DNA of 64,000 nt from Clostridia bacterium (lineage in GTDB: Bacteria > Bacillota > Clostridia > Christensenellales > CAG-314): NCBI GenBank assembly GCA_017457305.1, contig JAFTHP010000044.1, positions 53,700 to 117,699 of the forward strand. Direction: 5' to 3'. Every line of letters begins with the position of its first letter. Position 1 is the stretch's first letter. A program made the translations under genes and the position numbers. Of the stretch, positions 38,734 to 47,498 are shown piece after piece. The notes beneath the pieces were generated by a model, which saw only the letters and a program-made list of their open reading frames with translations, was not told where the DNA came from and searched no databases.

Positions 38734-38879
38734 ACATTAACAAAAAAGCCACACCCTTGAGCTTATAACTCTTGGATGTGGTTTCTTTGTTTTGAGCCGC
38801 CTTTTAGACCGTTTTTAGAAAATCCCTAATTAAACAGCCCAAAATCTGCTCTTTTTTTTAATATATAGTTGAATATAAA

Positions 38880-41732
38880 TTACTTGATTGCAATAACTAC
38901 TGTTCCGTAAGCAGGAACTGTCAAACTAGAGCCAACCGAGCTGTAGCCATCAAAGTTGAATACACCGTTATTTGCCCAGCTTTGACCAATAACTACCCAA
39001 CCCTCGGATGCGCCGAAAGCTTCGGTATGAGCAAAGCCAGTTGTGTTTACAAGAACCATAACCTTTTGGTACTTGTCGTTGCTATCAAGCTTAGCACAAC
39101 CAAAGTGAAGAACACCATCGTTTGTGCCAGACTTGCCAGCCCAAAATTGGTCGTTGCCGTCCTTGGTTGTGTCGTGCCAGGTAACTGACTTGAAGTGCTT
39201 TGTGCGTAGTTCAATTAGTCCCTTGTACCAGTTGTACAAATCGTCTTGTTCCACTTGACGGTGGTAGTCAAATGCGTTGATGTGGTCTTGGGCATTGTAG
39301 CTGTTGTGGTTACCCACCTTGGTACGGCCAATTTCTTCGCCCGCCAAGATAAAGCTTGTACCCTTGCCCATCAATGTCATACTTGCCGCCATCATATTGC
39401 GTTGAACAACAAGTGGGTTGCCCTTTTGGAACAATGATGGAGAGCTTGTTCCGCTTGTTGTAAGAACAAGTTGATCCCAAAGAGTGTAGTTATCGTGAGA
39501 TGTTGTGTACAAAATGGACTTTGCTGCCCACATACCGTTTTCGCTGTTGCCCTTGCCGTTCATACCGCGAACCCAGTTTTCGTATGTGCCAAGGTTACCT
39601 TGAACAATACCAGGAGCAGGGCTGTTTTCCCCCTTGATTGCATTACGAACGCAGTCGTTAAATGCCATAACACCATCGGGAAGTTCGCCGTAGTGGTTGT
39701 AGTTGGCAGGTTTTTGTCCCTTGCTTTCGTCCAACATTGCGTTACCAGCTGCCCATGGTTCGCCGTACATAAGGATGTTGTCGTCAATTTCGTTCAATGC
39801 ATCGCGAATACATTGCATTGTTTCGATATCGTGCAATCCCATAAGGTCGAAACGGAAACCGTCAATGTGGTATTCTTCTGCCCAATATGTTAGAGAGTGA
39901 ACCATGTAGCTACGGAACATTGTGCGTTCGCTTGCTGTTTCGTTGCCGCAACCGGAGCCAACTGCAAGAACGTAAGCACCCTTATCGTTTACTTGCCATG
40001 CAAGTTCATCAAATGAACCCTTGCGAGATTTGCCAGCAAATGCTTGACGGTAGTAGTAACCAGGAATTGATTGGTTAAGTCCGTTTGCTGTGGAGTAGGT
40101 GTGGTTGTAAACAACGTCCATAATTACACCAATGCCAGCATTGTGCAATGCTTGAACCATTTGCTTGAACTCGTTGATACGAACGTCGCCGTCGTATGGG
40201 TTGGTTGAGTAGCTACCTTCTGGAACGTTGTAGTTCTTGGGGTCGTATCCCCAGTTTTGGTTGTTGTTATCTTGATATGTTAGGTTGGATTCGGTAACTG
40301 TAGCAAAGTCGTACACAGGGTTTAGGTGAACGTAGTTAACACCCAAATCTTTTAGGTATGCAATACCTGTATTGATGTTATCTGAACCCTTCAAGGTTGT
40401 GCCGTCTTCGGTAAAAGCAAGGTACTTGCCCTTGTATGTGATACCGCTATCTGCGTGGATAGAGAAGTCACGAACGTGAATTTCCCAAATTACAGCCGCA
40501 CCATTGTTGTTTTTGCGTAGCTCCTTGGCAATTAGTGCATCTTCTTCCCAACCGATTGGATCGGTGCTATCTAGGTCGCACACCATTGCTCTGTTGCCGT
40601 CAACACCAGTTGCTGTTGCATATGGATCGACAATTTCGAACACTTTACCTTCTACGTAGTTGGTGTAGGTGTAGTAAACGTTGTCAAGGTTGCCCTTTAC
40701 TGTAGCTTCCCACACGCCGTACTTGCCGTAGGTCATTGGGATAGGTGCGCAGAACAAATCCTTGTTCTTTTCGTTACCATCGGTGTACAAGTTAAGAATA
40801 ACGTTAGATGATACTGGCGCCCACAAGCGGAAGGTTGTTTGACCAGCTTCGTAGGTGCATCCTAGCTTAACAGATGCGTGACCGTTGCCGTCCACTTCAG
40901 GAACACATTGTTCTTGGAACTTGGGGGACATATACAAGCGTTGCTTGTTGATTGCACAAGGCTTGCTAAAACCTTCAATGTACAGGTAGTATTCTGCGTT
41001 CCACTTGAAGTTTTTAATTTTGGATTGCATCCAGAACTTGGATGAACCGCCTTCCAATGTGCCTGTATCTACCAAGGTACCCTTACCTTCTGCAAGCGCA
41101 TCGTCCACTTGATAAAGTTCGTACTTGGCACCTGGCTTGATGTTGCTTGTTGTGTACACCTCGTAGTTGAAGTAGTTTCCGTCTTCGTAGTCGCTACCAT
41201 AGCTGTCAAAACGAGCATTTAGGATGCGTTCAAAAACCTTGCTAGCGTCTTCCAAAGTGTAGTAGTTTGTGTCGTCGCCACAAACAATCCAAATGTGAGC
41301 TTCGTTATTTTCGTTAAACGTTGGGGTAACAAATCTGTCGTCGGGTACGTCCTTGCCGTTCCAGTCCTTTACCAAAAGTCCAGCTAGCTCGGTGGTCTTA
41401 ACCATGATGATACCCAGCTTGTCGCCGTTCTTCATCTTTTCAAGTTCACTTTCGTTGAGCTTTAGGCTGTAAACACGACCGATATTTCCTTCGTATTGGA
41501 AGGTTTCATCTGGACCATCAGCTTTAACTGTGTAAGCTGTGTTCATCCAGTAGTAAGCACCCCAGAAGTATTCCTTACCGCCTTCGTTCCACTCGTACTT
41601 GTTGTCGCTGTTGAAGAAGTGCAAGTACACAACACCGCCAGTTTCGGCAGATGCTGGCACTACACAAAGAGTTAAGCAGGCTGTAAATACAACAACCAAT
41701 GCTATTAGCAAACTAATTCTTCTTTTTGTCAT
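38880..41732 (-). CDS. pulA: Secreted type I pullulanase (GH13)
   Basis: Signal peptide. NWGYDPKNYNVPEGSYSTNPYDG; GH13 regions DVVYNHT, IDGFRFDLMGLH, YGEPW, YTTSHDN. Confidence 0.9.
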   Translation of the reverse strand: MTKRRISLLIALVVVFTACLTLCVVPASAETGGVVYLHFFNSDNKYEWNEGGKEYFWGAYYWMNTAYTVKADGPDETFQYEGNIGRVYSLKLNESELEKMKNGDKLGIIMVKTTELAGLLVKDWNGKDVPDDRFVTPTFNENNEAHIWIVCGDDTNYYTLEDASKVFERILNARFDSYGSDYEDGNYFNYEVYTTSNIKPGAKYELYQVDDALAEGKGTLVDTGTLEGGSSKFWMQSKIKNFKWNAEYYLYIEGFSKPCAINKQRLYMSPKFQEQCVPEVDGNGHASVKLGCTYEAGQTTFRLWAPVSSNVILNLYTDGNEKNKDLFCAPIPMTYGKYGVWEATVKGNLDNVYYTYTNYVEGKVFEIVDPYATATGVDGNRAMVCDLDSTDPIGWEEDALIAKELRKNNNGAAVIWEIHVRDFSIHADSGITYKGKYLAFTEDGTTLKGSDNINTGIAYLKDLGVNYVHLNPVYDFATVTESNLTYQDNNNQNWGYDPKNYNVPEGSYSTNPYDGDVRINEFKQMVQALHNAGIGVIMDVVYNHTYSTANGLNQSIPGYYYRQAFAGKSRKGSFDELAWQVNDKGAYVLAVGSGCGNETASERTMFRSYMVHSLTYWAEEYHIDGFRFDLMGLHDIETMQCIRDALNEIDDNILMYGEPWAAGNAMLDESKGQKPANYNHYGELPDGVMAFNDCVRNAIKGENSPAPGIVQGNLGTYENWVRGMNGKGNSENGMWAAKSILYTTSHDNYTLWDQLVLTTSGTSSPSLFQKGNPLVVQRNMMAASMTLMGKGTSFILAGEEIGRTKVGNHNSYNAQDHINAFDYHRQVEQDDLYNWYKGLIELRTKHFKSVTWHDTTKDGNDQFWAGKSGTNDGVLHFGCAKLDSNDKYQKVMVLVNTTGFAHTEAFGASEGWVVIGQSWANNGVFNFDGYSSVGSSLTVPAYGTVVIAIK

Positions 41733-41733
41733 A

Positions 41734-44196
41734 TTACACCTCCTCCGCTACTTGCCAAGCAAGAACGATTTTACCTTCGCTAGTTGTCCATGCTGTACCT
41801 TCGGTACCATTTAGCAAATCTGCCAAAGCACCGTCTGCAACTTGTGTTGCGGTAACTGTGGAGCAATTGTTTACTGTGTTGGGGAACAAAGTTCCGTTTT
41901 TGTTGGAAATTACGTTAGCGCAATTTTCCAAAGTGTAGCAGTTGTTCATTGTGTGGGAAATACCAGCAATGCTACCGCCTGCTACCATTGTATCTTCCCA
42001 ATATCCGCCAGAAGCACCACCAAAGCTCTTCAATACATACAAACTAGATGATTTTGTAAGGTCTGCTGTTTGTGCCCAAGTTTCGCCAGCAGGAGAAACT
42101 CTAACAAAAATGCAGTACTTGTAATCTTGTGTCATATCGAAGTAGTACAAGATTTTGCCATCCATTTCCACACGTGTCATTGCTGTACCTGGCCATTGGT
42201 ATGGAGCATCGGTATTTGTATTCCACATGTAGATGTAAATTGTAGCGCCATCGGATTCTGTCCAGCTTGGAGCACTTGTGATATCCACGTATACTCTGTT
42301 TGCTGGAGCATTGCCTTCCTTTACAGTAACTGTGCCAGCATTGTAGCAGCTGTACACACCACCGTTGGAGTTACTGGAGTAGTTAGCACCAACAACACCA
42401 CCTGCAACGCCACCGAACAATCCACCAGCTGTGATATTGCCTGTGTTGTAGCAGTTTTGAATTTTGCCGCCGCTAACCGATTGGAAACCAAATTCCATTG
42501 TGCCGTCGGAACCATTTTGACCAACAACACCACCCACGCGTGATTGAGCCGCAATTGTACCGGAGTTGTGGCAAAGTTCTACAACAGGATTGTATTGTTG
42601 TACACCTTGGAAAGCTTCGTTGTAGTTGTAACCTACAATACCGCCAACTGTGTTACCAGCAACAATTGCACCTGTGTTTTGACACATTGTAACCTTGCCT
42701 GTGTTGCGACCAACGATACCGCCAACAAACTTGGAGCCGGTAACGCTTGCGTTGTTGATGCAGTTAGCTACTGTTCCTTCGTTGTAGATAACAATACCGC
42801 CCACTTCGTTTACACCTGTTATTGTTGTAGCGCTATCTGCTGTACAGTTGGATACTGTTCCGTAGTTGAGGCTGACAAGTGCTGCGGCGCCGTCTTTTAC
42901 CGCTTCAATCTTGCTGTTTGTGATGTGAACGTTATCAATTGTGCCGTGGTTTGTATAGGCAAGCAATGCAACGTGACCGCCCTTTTCGTGCATGATGTTG
43001 TCGCCAGATGGCATTGACCATGTTTTTAGGTCGGTAGCATCAAATGTAATGTTGCTAATTGTTGCACCACTTGTAATGTTTTGGAACAATGCCAAGTAAC
43101 CATTTGGATCGTGGATTGTGATGTTGCTAACAACGTGTCCGTCGCCATCCAAGTGACCGCTAAAGCTAGACATTTGACCAAGGTTGAAACCAATTGCATC
43201 CCCTTCTAGCACGGTTGGCTTGAAGGCAATATCTTGTGTAAGCTTGTAGTAGCAGCTTTGTCCCAACGCTTCGTAAACGTCGATATATCTAAATTGTTCT
43301 GGTGTGGAAATAAGGTATGGATTTTCCTTTGTTCCGTCCCCTTCATTAAAGTAGTTAACGGTCACAGATGTGCTGTATCCGTAGTTTTTGGAGTAAGCAC
43401 GGATGCTGACAATTAGCAACTTGTTATCCATTTGGTAAACGGGACTCTTGGTAATGACTGTATTACCAGCGGTATCAGTAAGATGATATTCTTCTGTACC
43501 AATAGCACCAAGATATGTCAATTGCAAACCTTTTACACTAACGCTGGATACTGGCAAAGATCTTGTTTGTCCAAGTTCTGTATCGTATTCCAAGCTTATT
43601 TTTTCACTGTTTGCAAACACCGCGCCATCGCCCACATAGTTAGCAACAATACGAACGTTGCCCTCTAGGCCTTCTAGACTTGCGTTCTTGGAAAGGTCGT
43701 ATTCCTTAGCTTGGCCATTAATAGAAACATTGATAGCCAACGCATTTTCATTACCATTCCAGGTAATTAGTCCATCGCGAACTGTCAAAATAGGAACGTC
43801 AAGCTTTTCGGTGCATGTAATAGTTAAAGGGAAAGTCCAATCACTTGCCAATTCAGCCGTTACTACGGAACGAACTTTTACTATAAAACTTCTGTTAGCA
43901 GGCTTTATATCACATTTTGTAAGATCAAAAGATGTTCCTTCAACCTTGATTACTGTACCGTTGATATCAATTTCGTCATAAACTGCATGAGTATCAACTC
44001 GTGTCCAACTGATAATTTTAACTCCGTCAAACTTAACGAAAACTGGCATAAATACTTCGCCATCAAACCAGTTTGTAGGTGGAGTTTCTGGAGTATCAAC
44101 GGGATCGTCTGTTCCTGGTTGGTCGCAAGCTACAAATGCAGTCATGCTAACCACCAGTACTGCTAGTAGGAGCAGAATAATAAGTCTTTTTTTCAT
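41734..44196 (-). CDS. Lipoprotein with GLUG-like GG[IV]VG repeats and a C-terminal CBM25/26-like module
   Basis: Lipobox TAFVAC-D. At least 6 repeats of the form VGGIVGxN...; C-terminus IYIYMWNTNTDAPYQWPGTAMTRV. Confidence 0.6.
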   Translation of the reverse strand: MKKRLIILLLLAVLVVSMTAFVACDQPGTDDPVDTPETPPTNWFDGEVFMPVFVKFDGVKIISWTRVDTHAVYDEIDINGTVIKVEGTSFDLTKCDIKPANRSFIVKVRSVVTAELASDWTFPLTITCTEKLDVPILTVRDGLITWNGNENALAINVSINGQAKEYDLSKNASLEGLEGNVRIVANYVGDGAVFANSEKISLEYDTELGQTRSLPVSSVSVKGLQLTYLGAIGTEEYHLTDTAGNTVITKSPVYQMDNKLLIVSIRAYSKNYGYSTSVTVNYFNEGDGTKENPYLISTPEQFRYIDVYEALGQSCYYKLTQDIAFKPTVLEGDAIGFNLGQMSSFSGHLDGDGHVVSNITIHDPNGYLALFQNITSGATISNITFDATDLKTWSMPSGDNIMHEKGGHVALLAYTNHGTIDNVHITNSKIEAVKDGAAALVSLNYGTVSNCTADSATTITGVNEVGGIVIYNEGTVANCINNASVTGSKFVGGIVGRNTGKVTMCQNTGAIVAGNTVGGIVGYNYNEAFQGVQQYNPVVELCHNSGTIAAQSRVGGVVGQNGSDGTMEFGFQSVSGGKIQNCYNTGNITAGGLFGGVAGGVVGANYSSNSNGGVYSCYNAGTVTVKEGNAPANRVYVDITSAPSWTESDGATIYIYMWNTNTDAPYQWPGTAMTRVEMDGKILYYFDMTQDYKYCIFVRVSPAGETWAQTADLTKSSSLYVLKSFGGASGGYWEDTMVAGGSIAGISHTMNNCYTLENCANVISNKNGTLFPNTVNNCSTVTATQVADGALADLLNGTEGTAWTTSEGKIVLAWQVAEEV

Positions 44197-44206
44197 GGTT
44201 CCTCCG

Positions 44207-47062
44207 TTATTTGAGCACTACTGTGCTATAAGGTGCAATGGTTGATGTAGAACAGCCGCTATCTGCAATTACCACTTGGCTACCACCACTTGCAAAGTTG
44301 TTGATGGAGTTAGAACCAAAGTTGTGGTAAATGTAGTAGGTTGTTCCGTTGTATGTCAATTTGTAAGAGAAGATCCTGTCGTGATTTGTTTGCAAATAGC
44401 TGTATGTACCCTTTTGGATTACCATATCGCCACTCTTAAATGCTGTCCACTTGCGAGTGTACTCTAGCATGCTATTTGCATTACCAGTTTGTTCTTCAAC
44501 ACTTTGAAGTGTCTTGTTGTAGCTATCCCACTCCACAACATATGTTTTGTCGCCAGAGATGGAGAAGCCTGTTGTGAAGCTATCGGGGGTTGCTGTCCAC
44601 TTCATTGGTTGACGGTACCATCTGTCAACGTGTGGGCTAAGTTTGCCTTCGCCGCTGGAGTAGTTACCACTCATACCCAGTTCATCGCCGTAGTAAATGA
44701 AGCTTACGCCAGGCAATGTCATCATTGTGGAAATAACGATTTTTGCCTTTTGTTCGTATGTGCTACGCTTGGATGCGCTAAGTGGATTGCTGCCAACCTC
44801 GCCTGGGTCGCAGTTTACTGCATTTAGCAAACGAGCAATGTCGTGGTTGGACGTGAACAAGCCTGGAATAGCTGTGTCGCCACGATAGTAGTTGTAGGCC
44901 TTACTTACGTCGTTGAAGTTCCAGTTGCCCTTGTACAAGCTGTTGCCGTTTACCATGTGGTTGTAGTTTACTGGATCATTTGTTTTGCCACCGGCAAGTC
45001 CCTTTGGCCAGTTTTGATCACTACGAGCAAGCTCTGTAAGGTTGTAGTACATATAGAAATCCAACATTCCGTCCAATCCTTGGTAGTAAGGAGCAACGTT
45101 GTAAGCGTGACCGTCGAAGTTTTCGCCTACGATGTAAGCATCGGGATATTGAGCCTTTACTCTACTGTTGAATTCGTTAAAGAAGTGAATATTCTTTGTA
45201 AGGTTACTGCTGTAGTCAGTTTTTGTTGCACTGTCGTAGTCGCTAACAATGATATCCGAAGCACTTGCGTCCACTTCGTCCTTCATGTAAATATGCTTAA
45301 CTGCGTCAATGCGGAATCCGTCAACACCCTTTTCTAGCCAAAAAGTTGCAACGTCCACGATAGCATCACGAGTACCTTGGTAGTCGTAGTTTAGTTCGGG
45401 CATGCTTGTTGCAAACTTGCCGTAGTAGCTATATGGTTTGTCGCTGTACTTGTGCCAGTTCTTGGATAGGGTTGTTGTTTCGTGGTTCTTCCATTGGTAG
45501 AAACTGCGGTATTGTGGATCTAGTTGCGCAGACTTTTGGAACCACTCGTTATTTACAGACGTGTGATTTAGTACAAGGTCCATGATTACCTTCATGCCAC
45601 GTTGTTCCGCTTCGTTGAGCAAAGCAACGTAGTCTTCCATTGTACCAAACTTGGGATCTACCGCCTTGTAGTCGATAATATCATAGCCGTGGTAGCTATC
45701 GGATAGTTGAATTGGAGTTAGCCACAGCACATCAACGTTCAATGCCTCTAGGTAATCCAACTTTTGTCTGATACCGTTGATATCGCCCTTGCCGTCGCCA
45801 TCGCTATCGGCAAAGCTTGCCACCATGATTTGGTAACCTACGCCACTAACTGTGTCAGTAGATTGCGCCTTGTCCATTGGTTTGCTACTGCTGTTAACGT
45901 TGTATTGGCTAACGTTTGTTCCGTCATCGTCAGCATATGGATTGGACACTTCGCCAAGGTCTTCCAGTTTGTAAACGTAGTTGGAAACCATATCTTGTGT
46001 GGCGTATAGGTGAACAAATCCGCCATCACGAACAACGTCGGCAAACTTGTCGTAATCCTTGCTGGTTGCAGATGGGATGTATTGGTTACCGCCATCACTT
46101 TGCCAGTGACCTTGCGCTTGCTTGGATTCTTCCAAAACAATCAAAAAGCCAATGGTTTCGTCCCCCTTGGGGTAGTTAGCACTATCTTTTAGTCCACCAG
46201 CAGGGAAGTTTGCGTCACACGCATTTTGATTAAGGAATCGGCTTGTAACGTTTCCGCTGTTGCCCGCATTTGTGTAGGTTTTTGTAAGGTCGATATCCGC
46301 CGTTACAAAGCCCATTTCGTCTACAATGATGTTGCCATCCTTGTCGCGCATCCAGTCAAATTCGATACCCGTTTTACTACATGGCCATACCCACAAATTG
46401 AACTTTTCGTATTCAGCTGCGGTGCTTTCAAAGCGCTTGTAGTGGATATACAAGTGACCATCTTGGCTGTATTGAGCAATTTCTGCATTGTGATTATCCA
46501 GTTGCTCTTGAGTAAAAGTGATAGATTCCACCACCTCTTTTTCCCATTTAGCATACAACTCGATGTTTTGAGCTGGCATTACAGTATCTTCAAATTTGTT
46601 GCCAGAAAAATCTGCACTTTGATACCAACCAACAAATTTATATCCATTGCGAGTTGGTGTTACGGAAGGGATTGGATCGCCTTCCTTCAATGTAACAGAA
46701 GATTGTCCCATTGTTCCACCATTTAGTTGGTAGGTAATTGAATATGTGCCTTGTTGCTTTTCCCACTTTGCGTATAGCACAATGTTTTGTGCGGGCATTG
46801 TTGTTTGCTCAAATGCCGAACCGGAAAATTTGGCAGATTGATACCAACCAGCAAAATTATATCCACTTTTGGTTGGAATTGCAGAAGGAATATCTTCGCC
46901 TTCTTTCAATGAAATGGTAGATTGATCCATTGTTCCACCATTTAGAACATACCTAATTGTGTACTTTGGTGCTGGTTGACAACAAGCCAAAATCAAACTT
47001 GCAGATGAAGCCAACATCACAATTGTCAACACAAAGGCAATTTTCTTTACAAGACCTTTCAC
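44207..47062 (-). CDS. Cell-surface GH13 alpha-amylase-family enzyme with two N-terminal Listeria-Bacteroides (Flg_new) repeats
   Basis: GTG start with an AAGGAGAG SD. Lipobox LILAC-C. Two ~70-aa repeats (GY.F.GWY...LYAKWEK). GH13 regions DLVLNHTS, GVDGFRIDAVKHI, VGENFD, FTSNHDIARL. Confidence 0.85.
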   Translation of the reverse strand: MKGLVKKIAFVLTIVMLASSASLILACCQPAPKYTIRYVLNGGTMDQSTISLKEGEDIPSAIPTKSGYNFAGWYQSAKFSGSAFEQTTMPAQNIVLYAKWEKQQGTYSITYQLNGGTMGQSSVTLKEGDPIPSVTPTRNGYKFVGWYQSADFSGNKFEDTVMPAQNIELYAKWEKEVVESITFTQEQLDNHNAEIAQYSQDGHLYIHYKRFESTAAEYEKFNLWVWPCSKTGIEFDWMRDKDGNIIVDEMGFVTADIDLTKTYTNAGNSGNVTSRFLNQNACDANFPAGGLKDSANYPKGDETIGFLIVLEESKQAQGHWQSDGGNQYIPSATSKDYDKFADVVRDGGFVHLYATQDMVSNYVYKLEDLGEVSNPYADDDGTNVSQYNVNSSSKPMDKAQSTDTVSGVGYQIMVASFADSDGDGKGDINGIRQKLDYLEALNVDVLWLTPIQLSDSYHGYDIIDYKAVDPKFGTMEDYVALLNEAEQRGMKVIMDLVLNHTSVNNEWFQKSAQLDPQYRSFYQWKNHETTTLSKNWHKYSDKPYSYYGKFATSMPELNYDYQGTRDAIVDVATFWLEKGVDGFRIDAVKHIYMKDEVDASASDIIVSDYDSATKTDYSSNLTKNIHFFNEFNSRVKAQYPDAYIVGENFDGHAYNVAPYYQGLDGMLDFYMYYNLTELARSDQNWPKGLAGGKTNDPVNYNHMVNGNSLYKGNWNFNDVSKAYNYYRGDTAIPGLFTSNHDIARLLNAVNCDPGEVGSNPLSASKRSTYEQKAKIVISTMMTLPGVSFIYYGDELGMSGNYSSGEGKLSPHVDRWYRQPMKWTATPDSFTTGFSISGDKTYVVEWDSYNKTLQSVEEQTGNANSMLEYTRKWTAFKSGDMVIQKGTYSYLQTNHDRIFSYKLTYNGTTYYIYHNFGSNSINNFASGGSQVVIADSGCSTSTIAPYSTVVLK

Positions 47063-47424
47063 GAAATCTCTCCTTTTTTACTAAGTGATAACGTTGAGCT
47101 AAAGCCCATACAAGTAAATTGTAACATATATCCCACAACTTTACAATAGTTTTTAGATATAAAATAACTTTCAATAATAAATAAAACGCGGGCACACACG
47201 CATATACGCACGTAGGCACACAATAAAAAGGATTGACAACACAACAAATGCGGCTATGTTCAGTTGTGCACACCAACAGGTGCGACTTTTTACAGTTGTA
47301 CAACATAATCATTGAATGCGAATAACCTCTTCAACAAACCTAGACGGCATTTTTCTACCACTATTACCCACCACCATACCAAGACAAACCACTTAACACC
47401 AAACTATCCGTTTAATTCTTTTAT

Positions 47425-47460
47425 CAAAAAAACAACCCCTGGCAAAACGCCAAGGGTTGT
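47425..47460 (-). terminator. Terminator after the 979-aa lipoprotein gene
   Basis: Minus strand reads AACCCTTGGCgttttGCCAGGGGTTgTTTTTTT. Confidence 0.7.
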
Positions 47461-47498
47461 TGGATATCTGAAAAAAATAACTATTTATAGAACTGTGA

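Noticed and set aside
42070-43017. Two 157-aa plus-strand ORFs
   Set aside because: They are antisense to the GLUG-repeat lipoprotein gene. Their Cys/Val/Asn-rich sequence mirrors the repeats on the coding strand.
46953-47312. 119-aa and 62-aa minus-strand ORFs upstream of the amylase gene
   Set aside because: They overlap the amylase signal-peptide region and its promoter. The sequence is Cys/Tyr/Val-rich with no SD. The amylase GTG start at 47062 has a strong AAGGAGAG SD.
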